Origin: an uncultured Lachnospiraceae bacterium
GTDB taxonomy: Bacteria; Bacillota; Clostridia; Lachnospirales; Lachnospiraceae
Direction of reading: 5' to 3'
DNA: 64,000 nucleotides
NCBI GenBank assembly: GCA_958402795.1
Contig: CATXUX010000009.1
Span: 12,697 to 76,696, forward strand
Shown here one piece after another: positions 46,447 through 56,713 of the stretch. The number at the start of each line of letters is the position of its first letter. Positions within the stretch are counted from its first letter, which is position 1. The position numbers and the translations under genes were made by a program. The notes beneath the pieces were generated by a model. The model saw only the letters and a program-made list of their open reading frames with translations. It did no database searches and had not been told where the DNA came from.

Positions 46447-49335
46447 ATGTTGGCAATTAACATTGATGACGTGATGAACGTCCTGAACACCTGCAAACCG
46501 TATCTGATCGCGCTCGGTATCATTCTTGCGCTGGTAGTGATCGTGACGATTGCAGTGAAGAAGCTGCCGAAGGCGAAGAAGAAGCTGATCCGTTCGGAGA
46601 GCTGGATCGCATTTCTGCTGGCAGTGGTTGTGGTTGTGAATATGATCTGCTTCGGACCGATGTCCAGCATGATCTCGCTTGCAACCGGAAACGGAACGAT
46701 TTCGGATGAGAGTTCCGAGGAGGCAAAGGCACTTTGTGAGGAGATTGCAGAGGAAGGAATCGTACTTCTGGAAAATGAAGACGGAGCGCTTCCGTTGGCA
46801 GAGGGAACGAAGCTGAACGTATTCGGCTGGTCTTCTACCAACCCGGTGTATGGCGGTACCGGATCAGGAAGTCTGTCGGACGCATATCCGACCGTATCTC
46901 TGCTGGAGGGACTGACAAATGCGGGGTTCGAAGTGAACCAGGATCTGGTTGATTTCTATACGGAATTCCGTGCGGCACGTCCGACTGTCGGAATGTGGGG
47001 ACAGGACTGGACCCTTCCGGAGCCTACGATCGAGGAGTACGAGGAAGCAGGTATTTTTGAATCTGCAAAAGAGTATTCTGACACGGCAGTGATCGTGATT
47101 GCCCGTTCCGGTGGAGAGGGCGCGGATCTTCCGACCAGCCTGGATCCGGAAATCGAGGATACATTTGAGGACGGCGGCGCTTTTGGTTCCTCAGGCGTTC
47201 GCATGAGCGATCAGAAAGACGATCTGGACGCGTCCAAACATTATCTGGAACTGACCAACAGAGAACAGGCGATGGTAGAGCGTGTAACAGCGGATTATGA
47301 CAATGTCATCGTTGTTGTAAATGCGGCAAATACGATGGAACTTGGTTTCGTAGAAGATTATGAATCCATCAAAGGCGTGATCTGGTGTCCGGGAACCGGA
47401 CAGACCGGTTTCAATGCACTTGGTTCCATCCTGAGCGGCGCGATCAACCCGTCTGCAAAGACAAGTGATACATTTGTAAGAGATCTGACTGCAACACCGA
47501 CGTTCAACAATTTCGGATACTTTGCTTATGACAATATGGATGAGTTTGAAGTAGACGGTGCTGTACCGACATTTGTAAACTACACCGATGGGATTTATGT
47601 AGGATACCGCTTCTATGAGACGGCGGCTGAAGAAGGCTTCCTGAATTATGAAGAGGCAGTACAGTATCCGTTCGGATATGGACTCAGCTACACCACCTTC
47701 GAGCAGGAGATGGGAGAGATGAGCGTAAGCGATGGAATCGTATCTGTGGATGTGACGGTAACCAATACCGGAGATACAGCCGGAAAAGATGTTGTAGAAG
47801 TTTATTACAATCCGCCGTATACAAACGGTGGAATTGAGAAATCCTCTGTGAATCTGGCAGGCTTTGCAAAGACAGAGATGCTGGAGCCGGGCGCGAGCGA
47901 GACGGTAAACGTTTCCTTCTCTGTAGAGGATATGGCGTCCTACGATGACCAGAATGCAAAGGCATATGTACTGGAAGCAGGAGACTATGAGATTTCCCTG
48001 CGCACAGATTCCCACACAGTGGTAGATACACAGACTTACACAGTAGACGAGACGGTTGTTTATGATGAAAGCAACCCGCGCTCTACGGATGAAGTGGCTG
48101 CGACAAACCAGCTCGATGCTGCAAACGGCGGACTGGTATATCTGTCACGTGCAGATGGATTTGCAAATTACGACGAGGCGACAGCAGCGCCGACCAATTA
48201 TACGATGTCTGATGAAGATAAGGCAGCGTTCTATAACAACAGCAATTATGATCCGTCGGATTACAACGATGAATCTGATGAAATGCCGACGACAGGCGCA
48301 AATAACGGCATGGAGCTTGCCGACCTGCGCGGCGTGGATTATGATGATCCGCAGTGGGATACCCTGCTGGATCAGATGACGATCGAGGATATGGACACCG
48401 TGATCGCACTGGGCGGATATCAGACCGCAGCAGCGTCAAGCGTTGGAAAAACGCAGACCGTAGACTGTGACGGACCGGCATCTATCAATAACAACTTTAC
48501 GGGAACAGGCTCCATCGGATTCCCGGCAGGCGTGATGATCGCGAATACATGGAATGTGGACATCGCACAGTCCTTCGGACGCAGCATCGGAACGATGGCG
48601 GACGAGATGGGCGTATCCGGCTGGTATGCACCTGCGATGAATACGCACAGAAGTGCATTTGCGGGACGTAACTTTGAGTACTATTCCGAAGATCCGCTGC
48701 TGTCAGGAAAGATCGCTTCCAGCGCGGTAGTCGGAGCAGAAGAGCTGGGCGTATACGCATACATCAAACATTTTGCAATGAACGACCAGGAAACGAACCG
48801 TACCAATCAGCTCTGCACATGGTTCAACGAGCAGTCTGCACGTGAGATTTATATGAGACCGTTCGAGATCTGTGTGAAAGAAGGCGGCGCAAAGGCAGTG
48901 ATGACTGCATTTAACTTCTACGGAACAGAACCGGCACAGGCAAGTTCTGCAGTATTGAACTCGATCCTCCGCGATGAGTGGGGATTCCAGGGATTTGCGC
49001 TGACAGACTACTACGGCGTATATGGCTATCAGGATGCAGACCGTATGATCCGCAACGGCAATGACTGTATGCTGGTTGCTTATGACACCGAGACAAACCA
49101 TATGACGGATACCACAAGTGCAACATCTGTAAAAGCAATGCGCCAGGCGTGCAAGAACATTATGTATACGGTAGTAAACAGCCGCGCATATGACGAGGCA
49201 AACCTGAATACCGGACTGCTCGGATGGCAGAAAGCAGCAATCGCAGTAGACGTTGTTCTGGCAGTCGTTGTGATCGCCCTTGAGGTCGTTGCGGTTAAGA
49301 AATTTAAGAAAAGAAATGCAGAAGAAAACGCATAG
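46447..49335 (+). CDS. Membrane-anchored GH3 beta-glucosidase (permuted domain order)
   Basis: Two N-terminal and one C-terminal TM; EEGIVLLEN, DGIYVGYRFYET, DGPAS, GRNFEYYSEDP, KHF, LTDY. Start 46447. Confidence 0.92.
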   Translation: MLAINIDDVMNVLNTCKPYLIALGIILALVVIVTIAVKKLPKAKKKLIRSESWIAFLLAVVVVVNMICFGPMSSMISLATGNGTISDESSEEAKALCEEIAEEGIVLLENEDGALPLAEGTKLNVFGWSSTNPVYGGTGSGSLSDAYPTVSLLEGLTNAGFEVNQDLVDFYTEFRAARPTVGMWGQDWTLPEPTIEEYEEAGIFESAKEYSDTAVIVIARSGGEGADLPTSLDPEIEDTFEDGGAFGSSGVRMSDQKDDLDASKHYLELTNREQAMVERVTADYDNVIVVVNAANTMELGFVEDYESIKGVIWCPGTGQTGFNALGSILSGAINPSAKTSDTFVRDLTATPTFNNFGYFAYDNMDEFEVDGAVPTFVNYTDGIYVGYRFYETAAEEGFLNYEEAVQYPFGYGLSYTTFEQEMGEMSVSDGIVSVDVTVTNTGDTAGKDVVEVYYNPPYTNGGIEKSSVNLAGFAKTEMLEPGASETVNVSFSVEDMASYDDQNAKAYVLEAGDYEISLRTDSHTVVDTQTYTVDETVVYDESNPRSTDEVAATNQLDAANGGLVYLSRADGFANYDEATAAPTNYTMSDEDKAAFYNNSNYDPSDYNDESDEMPTTGANNGMELADLRGVDYDDPQWDTLLDQMTIEDMDTVIALGGYQTAAASSVGKTQTVDCDGPASINNNFTGTGSIGFPAGVMIANTWNVDIAQSFGRSIGTMADEMGVSGWYAPAMNTHRSAFAGRNFEYYSEDPLLSGKIASSAVVGAEELGVYAYIKHFAMNDQETNRTNQLCTWFNEQSAREIYMRPFEICVKEGGAKAVMTAFNFYGTEPAQASSAVLNSILRDEWGFQGFALTDYYGVYGYQDADRMIRNGNDCMLVAYDTETNHMTDTTSATSVKAMRQACKNIMYTVVNSRAYDEANLNTGLLGWQKAAIAVDVVLAVVVIALEVVAVKKFKKRNAEENA

Positions 49336-49618
49336 ACGGAAACAGAATCTATGTAGATGAAATGAATGATCCCGGTCACACAGTGGCCAGCGGTTACATA
49401 CGACGGCAAGACCGCGCACGATGCGGCGCGGCCATAGTAAAGCTGGCGATTGTGCGGCCGGGATTTATCATGTGTTATGCAAATTATGCCATAAAAACGA
49501 CAGTTTATGTTAAATCGAAAAAATCAGAAAAAATTCTGTTAATATAAATCATACAAGTAAACATAACAGCAGAGAACAATGGGAGAAGAGATGTCACAGA
49601 ATTAAGGAGGAATGACAA

Positions 49619-52051
49619 GTGAAACATCAGGATATCATCGATCAGATGACGTTGGAGGAAAAGGCTGCGTTTCTGAGCGGAAAAACGGTATGGCAGACAC
49701 GGGAGATCGACAGGCTCGGGATACCGACGATCTTTTGCTCCGACGGACCTCACGGGATTCGTAAGCAGGCAGGGGAAGGAGATCATCTGGGACTGAATGC
49801 TTCGCTTCCGGCAACCTGTTTTCCGACAGCGGCGACAGTTGCAAACAGTTGGAATGAGGAGCTGGGCGAAAAGCTGGGCGAAGCGCTCGGCGAAGAGGCA
49901 ATGGCGCAGGATGTCAATATTCTGCTTGGACCGGGACTGAATATCAAGAGAAGTCCGCTGTGCGGCCGGAATTTTGAATATTTTTCTGAAGATCCGTATC
50001 TTGCGGGCAAGATGGCGGCTGCCTATGTGAGAGGAATCCAGAGCCAGGGCGTGTACGCATGTCCGAAACACTTTGCAGTGAACAGTCAGGAGATGCGCCG
50101 GATGGCGATGAATTCCGTGCTGGACGAGCGGACGCTGCGGGAGATCTACCTGACCGGATTTGAGATTGCCGTAAAAGAAGGCGGCGCGAAAACCATCATG
50201 ACGAGTTATAACGAAGTCAACGGCGTCTATGCAAATGAAAATAAGCATCTGCTGCAGGAAATCCTGCGTGGTGAGTGGGGATTTGACGGAGTCGTGGTCA
50301 CAGACTGGGGCGCTTCCAACGATCACGCGCTGGGCGTCGCAGCAGGTTCAAACCTGGAAATGCCGGCGCCGGGACTGGATTCGGCAAGAGAACTGCTCAG
50401 GGCGATCGAGGAAAAGAAACTGACGGTTGAAGAACTGGACGCATGTGTGGACGACCTGTTGGACGCAGTGCTTGACCTGACAGAAAAGGCAAAAGGACAT
50501 AAGAAGACCTTCCCGGAGACGGAGCATCATGAGCTTGCAAGGCAGGCCGCGGCGGAAAGTGCGGTTCTTCTGAAAAATGTAGATGATATTCTCCCTCTGG
50601 CTGCGGGATGCAATGTGGCGATCATCGGTGATTTCGCCGTAGAACCGAGATACCAGGGCGCAGGATCGTCCATGGTAAATACGACCTTCTTGGAAACGAT
50701 CGAAAAAACCGTCGGAAACTATGATCTGCATGTTGTGGGAATCAACCGTGGCTATCAGCGCAGCGGAGAGGAAGACCCTGCGCTCAAGAAAGCGGCGCTG
50801 GATCTTGCGGCTGCGGCAGATGTGGTGATCTACTGCTTCGGACTGGACGAGCTGAGCGAGTCTGAGGGACTGGACCGGACGCATATGCGGATCCCACAGA
50901 ATCAGATCAATCTGCTGGAAGCAATCGCGCAGACCAATCCGAACGTGGTCGGACTGCTGAGTGCAGGCTCCTCCATTGAAATGCCGTGGCATTACTGCTG
51001 TAAGGCGATCCTGCACGGTTATCTGTGCGGGCAGGCAGGTGCAAGTGCAATGCTGGATATTCTGACCGGAAAAGTGAATCCGTCCGGACGTCTGAATGAG
51101 ACCTATCCGCTGAAATATGAAGACACCCCGGCATTCCGGAACTTCCCGAGTACAGAGCGCAATGCAGAGTACCGGGAGGGGATCTATGTGGGATATCGTT
51201 ACTATGATACAAGCAGAGTACGGGTACAGTATCCGTTTGGATTCGGTCTTTCCTATACGACATTCGAGTATTCCGATCTGAAGGTGGATGAGACTGGAGC
51301 GACCTTTATCCTGAAGAATACCGGCAGCCGTGACGGAGCCGAAGTGGCGCAGCTTTACGTTGGTATGAAAGACGGAAAAATCTTCCGGCCGGATAAAGAA
51401 CTGAAAGGTTTTAAAAAGGTATTTCTGAAAGCAGGCGAGAGCCGTGAGGTCAAAATTCCGTTTGATGACAAGACGTTCCGTTACTGGAATGTAAAGACAA
51501 ATCAGTGGGAGGTAGAGGGCGGTACCTATCTGATCATGATCGGCACAAGTGTTTCGGATATCCGGCTGGCGTCAGGGCTGGAAGTAAAAGGGACAACGGA
51601 AGAATATCCATACGAGAAAGAGGAGATGCCGTCCTATTATTCCGGTCTGGTGCAGCAGGTAGAGGATGAAGAATTCACGAAACTGCTCGGACACCCGATC
51701 CCGTCCGGAAAATGGTCCGGAGAACTGGGACGAAACGACGCAATCTGCCAGATGTATTATGCGAAGAGCGGACTGGCGCGCTTCATCTACAAGAAGCTCG
51801 ACGGGATGAAGAAAAAGAGCGAGGAAAAAGGAAAACCGGATCTGAACATCCTTTTCATTTACAATATGCCGTTCCGAGGAATTGCGAAAATGACCGGCGG
51901 CATGGTGAGCATGGAGATGGTAGACGGCATGGTGGCCGCCGTGAACGGACATCTGTTCAAGGGACTCGGGAAGATCATCGGAGGATTCTTCCGGAATTCC
52001 AAAGCGAACAAGGCATATGAAGCAAAGCTCTCAGGAAAGAGCGGAAAGTAA
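49619..52051 (+). CDS. GH3 beta-glucosidase
   Basis: SDGPHGIRK, GRNFEYFSEDP, KHFA, VTDWG, EGIYVGYRYY. Confidence 0.95.
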   Translation: MKHQDIIDQMTLEEKAAFLSGKTVWQTREIDRLGIPTIFCSDGPHGIRKQAGEGDHLGLNASLPATCFPTAATVANSWNEELGEKLGEALGEEAMAQDVNILLGPGLNIKRSPLCGRNFEYFSEDPYLAGKMAAAYVRGIQSQGVYACPKHFAVNSQEMRRMAMNSVLDERTLREIYLTGFEIAVKEGGAKTIMTSYNEVNGVYANENKHLLQEILRGEWGFDGVVVTDWGASNDHALGVAAGSNLEMPAPGLDSARELLRAIEEKKLTVEELDACVDDLLDAVLDLTEKAKGHKKTFPETEHHELARQAAAESAVLLKNVDDILPLAAGCNVAIIGDFAVEPRYQGAGSSMVNTTFLETIEKTVGNYDLHVVGINRGYQRSGEEDPALKKAALDLAAAADVVIYCFGLDELSESEGLDRTHMRIPQNQINLLEAIAQTNPNVVGLLSAGSSIEMPWHYCCKAILHGYLCGQAGASAMLDILTGKVNPSGRLNETYPLKYEDTPAFRNFPSTERNAEYREGIYVGYRYYDTSRVRVQYPFGFGLSYTTFEYSDLKVDETGATFILKNTGSRDGAEVAQLYVGMKDGKIFRPDKELKGFKKVFLKAGESREVKIPFDDKTFRYWNVKTNQWEVEGGTYLIMIGTSVSDIRLASGLEVKGTTEEYPYEKEEMPSYYSGLVQQVEDEEFTKLLGHPIPSGKWSGELGRNDAICQMYYAKSGLARFIYKKLDGMKKKSEEKGKPDLNILFIYNMPFRGIAKMTGGMVSMEMVDGMVAAVNGHLFKGLGKIIGGFFRNSKANKAYEAKLSGKSGK

Positions 52052-52084
52052 ACATATGATTAATTAAGAAAGCAGGGAGAAAAG

Positions 52085-52696
52085 ATGAACACGATCAAAG
52101 AAAAATGGCTGAGTATCTGGCATGGATTTGAAGAAAAGCACCCGAAACTTGCGAAATGGCTTTACCAGATTTTCTATTTCTGGGTATTCAGTATGGGGGT
52201 AACGGTATTTCAGTATTTGATTTTTACGTTTATGCCGGGCTGGCTCGGAATCGGACTTGCAGGAACAGAATTTATGTGGCCGCAGAAGGAAATGCATATT
52301 CTGGGGGTTGATTTTACATGGAGCCTGCTGGGATATAACGTACTGTACAATTCGGCGGGAGAAGTCATGATCGGCGGTGGCCTCGGTTACTTCATCAGCT
52401 ACGAAGTCGGGACGTTTCTGGCACAGTGCATCAACTTCCCGCTGCAGAGAAATATCACATTCAAGAGCCACGGAAATCCGGTATATCAGGCATTGTGGTA
52501 TTTCATCGCATGGGTGGTGATCTCCCTTGTCTGCAACGGCTTCAACAATCTGTGGATGCCGATCGCAGCTGCATATGTACCTCCGGCAGTGTATAACCTG
52601 CTTGTAACGATCATTACCGGTGGTGTATCGATGGTAATTTTCTTCTTCGTATTTAAGATCATCTTTGCAGACGGAGAACAGCAGCAGAAAAAGTAA
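52085..52696 (+). CDS. Membrane protein, possibly GtrA-like
   Basis: About 4 TMs; 'INFPLQRNITFKS' resembles the GtrA loop. Confidence 0.6.
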   Translation: MNTIKEKWLSIWHGFEEKHPKLAKWLYQIFYFWVFSMGVTVFQYLIFTFMPGWLGIGLAGTEFMWPQKEMHILGVDFTWSLLGYNVLYNSAGEVMIGGGLGYFISYEVGTFLAQCINFPLQRNITFKSHGNPVYQALWYFIAWVVISLVCNGFNNLWMPIAAAYVPPAVYNLLVTIITGGVSMVIFFFVFKIIFADGEQQQKK

Positions 52697-52726
52697 GTTA
52701 TAGAAAAATAAGTTACAGATAACATA

Positions 52727-52782
52727 AAAAGTCCTGCGGATATGGAAAACTTTTTGAAATGTTCCATAGCCGCAGGATATTT
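52727..52782. terminator. Terminator after the GH3 operon
   Basis: TCCTGCGGATATGGAA...TTCCATAGCCGCAGGA stem. Confidence 0.6.
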
Positions 52783-52887
52783 CATATAGTCCATTGCTCT
52801 TTTTCCTGCCGCGCTTCTCCGCTGACAAACAGCCCCAGCGATTCATCCCAGAGCAGATTCATCGCTGCCGCGCACTGAATATGCTTG

Positions 52888-53064
52888 CTAACGGAACATG
52901 TTTTCCACATAATTACGCATCTCTTCATGAGACTTAACGTTTCTGGCCCCATCAATGATAGGAGTCTGTTCTTCTCTGGAAAGTTTGGCAAACTGATTTA
53001 AGATATCCGAATGCTGTGCCAGTTCCATTGCAAATCCAATTGGCAGTTCACTGTTGTCGATCAT
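52888..53064 (-). CDS. Small hypothetical protein (58 aa)
   Basis: GAGGTG RBS; MIDNSELPIGFAMELAQH...EEMRNYV resembles a small clostridial protein family. Confidence 0.65.
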   Translation of the reverse strand: MIDNSELPIGFAMELAQHSDILNQFAKLSREEQTPIIDGARNVKSHEEMRNYVENMFR

Positions 53065-53192
53065 TTTCATCACCTCGTAGATAGAATGTGCAGAAAAGGG
53101 TGAAAATATAAGCTGAAAATATTTTGCAAAACAGTTGACATACAGAAAACGGTACAACATAATAAATATACAGAAATTAGGAGGTGTGCGCG

Positions 53193-53444
53193 ATGTTAGC
53201 AGCGGTAAAAGGTTATTATGACGGAACGCAAATTGTTGTAGATGAAAACGATAGAAAAACTCTCAACGTTGGGGATGAAGTTATTATTACTATTCTGGAT
53301 AGGATAAACACAACAAGGAAAGAATCCAGAGCAGAAAAAAGACGTAGAATTGTCGATTTAGAAAAATATGTTGTATCGGGTGGAAGAAGCACAGAGGAAA
53401 TTGATAATTATATAAGGGAGCTGAGAGATAATGATAGAATTTAA
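53193..53444 (+). CDS. Putative type II antitoxin (VapB-like)
   Basis: MLAAVKGYYDG N-terminus, TTGACA-17-CATAAT promoter, and overlap with the start of a PIN-toxin remnant. Confidence 0.65.
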   Translation: MLAAVKGYYDGTQIVVDENDRKTLNVGDEVIITILDRINTTRKESRAEKRRRIVDLEKYVVSGGRSTEEIDNYIRELRDNDRI

Positions 53445-53540
53445 GAAAGTGTTTATTGATACAGCACCTATTATATATTATTTGCAAAATAGCGAGTAGT
53501 CAAAGAGATAAAATGTATTATCGTTGATGAATTGGAATAG
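53431..53540 (+). pseudogene. PIN-domain (VapC) toxin remnant with internal deletion
   Basis: MIEFKKVFIDTAPIIYYLQNSE* followed directly by a C-terminal-like KEIKCIIVDELE* in another frame. Confidence 0.7.
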
Positions 53541-53634
53541 TTGCAGTTGTCTCTAAAGAAAACCGAATCTTATAAAGAAGAATATAGCAGACAAGGATTC
53601 GAGAGCGGACAGAAGTTATAAAGGATAATGAACG

Positions 53635-54198
53635 ATGGAAAAACGGAAGCAGGAGAGGATGAAGTACCGGCTCGCGGAGGCGATGAAAGTCTGTATGAAG
53701 CGGCTGCCGGTGGAGAAGATCACGGTAAAGGAAATTGTGGATGAGTGCGGGACGACACGGCAGACGTTTTACCGGAATTTTCTGGACAAATACGATCTGA
53801 TCAACTGGTATTTTGACAAGATCCTTCTGGAATCCTTTGAGCATATGGGAGAAGGAAAGACGATCTATGAGGGACTGGTGAAGAAGTTTAATTATATTGA
53901 AGAGGAAAAGCTGTTTTTTAAGGCAGCGTTTAAGACAGATGAACAGAACAACCTTCGGGATCACGATTTTGAACTGATCCTGGATTTTTACACGCGCCGG
54001 ATTGAAGAAAAAACGAAAAAACCGATATCGGAGCATCTTCGTTTCCTGCTGGAAATGTACTGTCAGGGATCCATCTATATGACGGTGCAGTGGGTACTGG
54101 AAGAACACAAAAGCACGCCGGAAAAGATGGCGGAAGCACTGGTGTCGGCGATGCCTGCGGAACTCCATCAGGTGTTTCAGGAACTTGACATGGTGTAA
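53635..54198 (+). CDS. TetR family regulator (DhaS-like)
   Basis: ITVKEIVDECGTTRQTFYRNFLDKYDLINW. Confidence 0.88.
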   Translation: MEKRKQERMKYRLAEAMKVCMKRLPVEKITVKEIVDECGTTRQTFYRNFLDKYDLINWYFDKILLESFEHMGEGKTIYEGLVKKFNYIEEEKLFFKAAFKTDEQNNLRDHDFELILDFYTRRIEEKTKKPISEHLRFLLEMYCQGSIYMTVQWVLEEHKSTPEKMAEALVSAMPAELHQVFQELDMV

Positions 54199-54335
54199 CG
54201 CAGCAGCGTGTGTGCCTATGACCGGCAACGACTATTTCCGTAAGCAGCGTGCCGGGCGGATATGTCTGCATATCTATTTGATTTTGCGAAATGTGACAGT
54301 TCACGGCATTTGTAACTTTTTCTTTGAAACGGATA

Positions 54336-54353
54336 TTGTTAAAATATAAACAG
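54336..54353. promoter_or_regulatory. Possible Rex operator
   Basis: TTGTTAAAATATAAACAG vs consensus TTGTTAA-N4-TTAACAA (2 mismatches), upstream of an NADH-dependent reductase. Confidence 0.35.
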
Positions 54354-54431
54354 AAACAAAAATACTCCTCCGGAAGCCGCAGAAAAGGAGTGGCTCCGGC
54401 GGAAAATGAAAGAGAAAAGGAGAAAAAGAAA

Positions 54432-55577
54432 ATGGCAAACAGAATCATGCTGAACGAAACCTCTTATCATGGAGCCGGTGCGATTCAGGAGATCGCGACC
54501 GAGGCGAAAGCAAGAGCATTTAAAAAGGCGTTTGTATGTTCAGATCCGGATCTGATCCAGTTCGGAGTGACGGGAAAGGTGACAAAGGTGCTTGAGGATG
54601 CTGGCCTGGAGTATGAGATCTATTCCGACATCAAGGCGAACCCGACGATTCAGAATGTACAGAACGGTGTTGCGGCATTCAAGGCGGCAGACGCAGACTA
54701 CATCATTGCGATCGGCGGCGGCTCTTCAATGGATACGGCAAAGGCAATCGGTATCATCATTGCTAATCCGGAATTTGAAGATGTGAGAAGCCTCGAAGGT
54801 ACGGCTCCGACAAAGAATCCGTGCGTACCGATCATTGCAGTTCCGACAACAGCAGGAACCGCGGCAGAGGTTACGATCAACTACGTAATCACAGATGTAG
54901 AGAAGAAGAGAAAATTCGTTTGTGTAGACCCGCATGATATGCCGGTCATCGCAGTTGTTGACCCAGAGATGATGGCGTCCATGCCGAAAGGTCTGACGGC
55001 TTCGACAGGAATGGATGCGCTGACGCACGCAATCGAAGGATATACCACAAAGGCTGCATGGGAGATGACGGATATGTTCCATCTCAAAGCAATTGAGATC
55101 ATTTCCAAATCTCTGCGCGGCGCAGTGGCAAATGAAAAGGAAGGCCGCGACGGTATGGCGCTTGGCCAGTACATCGCAGGAATGGGATTCTCCAATGTCG
55201 GACTTGGAATCGCTCATTCTATGGCACATACACTCGGCGCGGTATATGACACTCCGCACGGCGTAGCATGCGCAATGATGCTTCCGATCGTTATGGAGTA
55301 CAATGCAGACTGCACAGGAGAGAAGTACAAAGAGATCGCAAAGGCAATGGGCGTTCAGGGTGTGGACGAGATGTCTGTGGAAGAATATAGAAAAGCTGCA
55401 GTAGACGCGGTTCGTCAGCTTTCCGTTGACGTAGGAATCCCGACGAAACTGGAAGCGCTTAAGGAAGAAGATCTGGACTTCCTCGCAGAATCCGCACATG
55501 CAGACGCATGCGCACCGGGAAACCCGAAAGACGCAAGCGTAGAGGATCTGAAAGAACTGTTCCGGAAACTGATGTAA
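54432..55577 (+). CDS. fucO: Lactaldehyde reductase (Fe-dependent alcohol dehydrogenase)
   Basis: MANRIMLNETSYHGAG, GGGSSMD, PTTAGTAAE, DALTHAIEGY, HSMAH, PHG. Confidence 0.92.
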   Translation: MANRIMLNETSYHGAGAIQEIATEAKARAFKKAFVCSDPDLIQFGVTGKVTKVLEDAGLEYEIYSDIKANPTIQNVQNGVAAFKAADADYIIAIGGGSSMDTAKAIGIIIANPEFEDVRSLEGTAPTKNPCVPIIAVPTTAGTAAEVTINYVITDVEKKRKFVCVDPHDMPVIAVVDPEMMASMPKGLTASTGMDALTHAIEGYTTKAAWEMTDMFHLKAIEIISKSLRGAVANEKEGRDGMALGQYIAGMGFSNVGLGIAHSMAHTLGAVYDTPHGVACAMMLPIVMEYNADCTGEKYKEIAKAMGVQGVDEMSVEEYRKAAVDAVRQLSVDVGIPTKLEALKEEDLDFLAESAHADACAPGNPKDASVEDLKELFRKLM

Positions 55578-55603
55578 TCGGTTTGTACAGTAAAATATGC
55601 TAT

Positions 55604-55660
55604 CATGCGCAAAGGGGCGCTGCACGAAGGAATGCGTGCGGCGCCCTTTTTGCGCGTATG
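55604..55660 (+). terminator. Terminator after fucO
   Basis: GCGCAAAGGGGCGCTGCACG...CGTGCGGCGCCCTTTTTGCGC. Confidence 0.65.
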
Positions 55661-55841
55661 AAAATATCATATTCTCCTACGTACAAGTACGATGATCCTA
55701 TGAGGGATTCCAAATTGGCGGTGAATAGCAACACTTGTTCAACAACTTCCCCTTGACAGCGAAAACAAAATGGAATTATACTAAAGCGGCAAGGATGCGG
55801 ATCGTGGATGTGTGTCCTTAGCAGATAAAGGAAAGAATGAA

Positions 55842-56708
55842 ATGAAAAAGAGACCACTTATTCTACAATCAGATTTTGGAACGGCAGACGGAGCAGTGAG
55901 CGCGATGTACGGGGTGGCTTACGGGGTGGATCCGGAATTACAGATTTCGGATCTGACGCATGAGATCCCGCAGTATGACATCTGGGAAGCTTCCTACCGT
56001 CTGATCCAGACCGTGAACTACTGGCCGAAGGAGTCTGTATTCGTCAGCGTGGTGGATCCGGGCGTTGGTTCTACGAGAAGAAGTATCGTTGCGCGGACGA
56101 AGAACGGGCAGTATATTGTGTCGCCGGATAACGGAACATTGACACATATTAAGCGGATCACCGGACTGGAAGAGGCGAGAGTGATCGACGAGACTGTGAA
56201 CCGCCTGCCAAATTCAGGAGAGAGCTATACGTTTCACGGGAGAGATATCTATGCCTATACCGGAGCAAGGCTGGCGGCAGGCGTGATCTCCTTTGAGGAA
56301 GTGGGACCGCAGGTTGAGATAGAAAGTGTGATCGAGCTTCCGGTTGTGGAAGCAACTTATGACGGGGAAAAAGTCAGAGGCACGATCGATGTTCTGGATG
56401 TTCGTTTCGGAAGTCTGTGGACGAATATTTCCAGAGAGTTATTCAAAAAGCTGGGCGTGCCTTACGGAGGAAGAGTTGAGATCAGTATTGAAAACGAGAC
56501 GCGGACACTGTACAAGAACATTCTGGTCTATGCAAAGAGCTTTGCGGATGTGTATGTGGGAGAACCGCTGGTTTATGTCAACAGTCTGGACTGTATGGCA
56601 GTGGCGATCAACCAGGGAAGCTTTGCGAAGGCGTATAACATCGGGACGGGAACCGGATGGCGGATTACGATCCGCAAGGCGCCGAGAATCATTTACGAGG
56701 ATGAATAA
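55842..56708 (+). CDS. SAM hydroxide adenosyltransferase (DUF62, SAM hydrolase/halogenase family), paralog 1
   Basis: QSDFG, DLTHEI, VVDPGVGSTRR, PDNG, TFHGRDIY, FGSLWTN. Confidence 0.9.
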   Translation: MKKRPLILQSDFGTADGAVSAMYGVAYGVDPELQISDLTHEIPQYDIWEASYRLIQTVNYWPKESVFVSVVDPGVGSTRRSIVARTKNGQYIVSPDNGTLTHIKRITGLEEARVIDETVNRLPNSGESYTFHGRDIYAYTGARLAAGVISFEEVGPQVEIESVIELPVVEATYDGEKVRGTIDVLDVRFGSLWTNISRELFKKLGVPYGGRVEISIENETRTLYKNILVYAKSFADVYVGEPLVYVNSLDCMAVAINQGSFAKAYNIGTGTGWRITIRKAPRIIYEDE

Positions 56709-56713
56709 GATTT

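Noticed and set aside
49485..49515. dif-like site (CATAA...TTATGTTAAAT)
   Set aside because: The central spacer is 10 bp instead of 6 and the XerC arm is poor.
54726..55670. 314-aa - strand ORF and similar long ORFs opposite the GH3 and ECF genes
   Set aside because: Shadow frames caused by codon bias in well-supported + strand genes.
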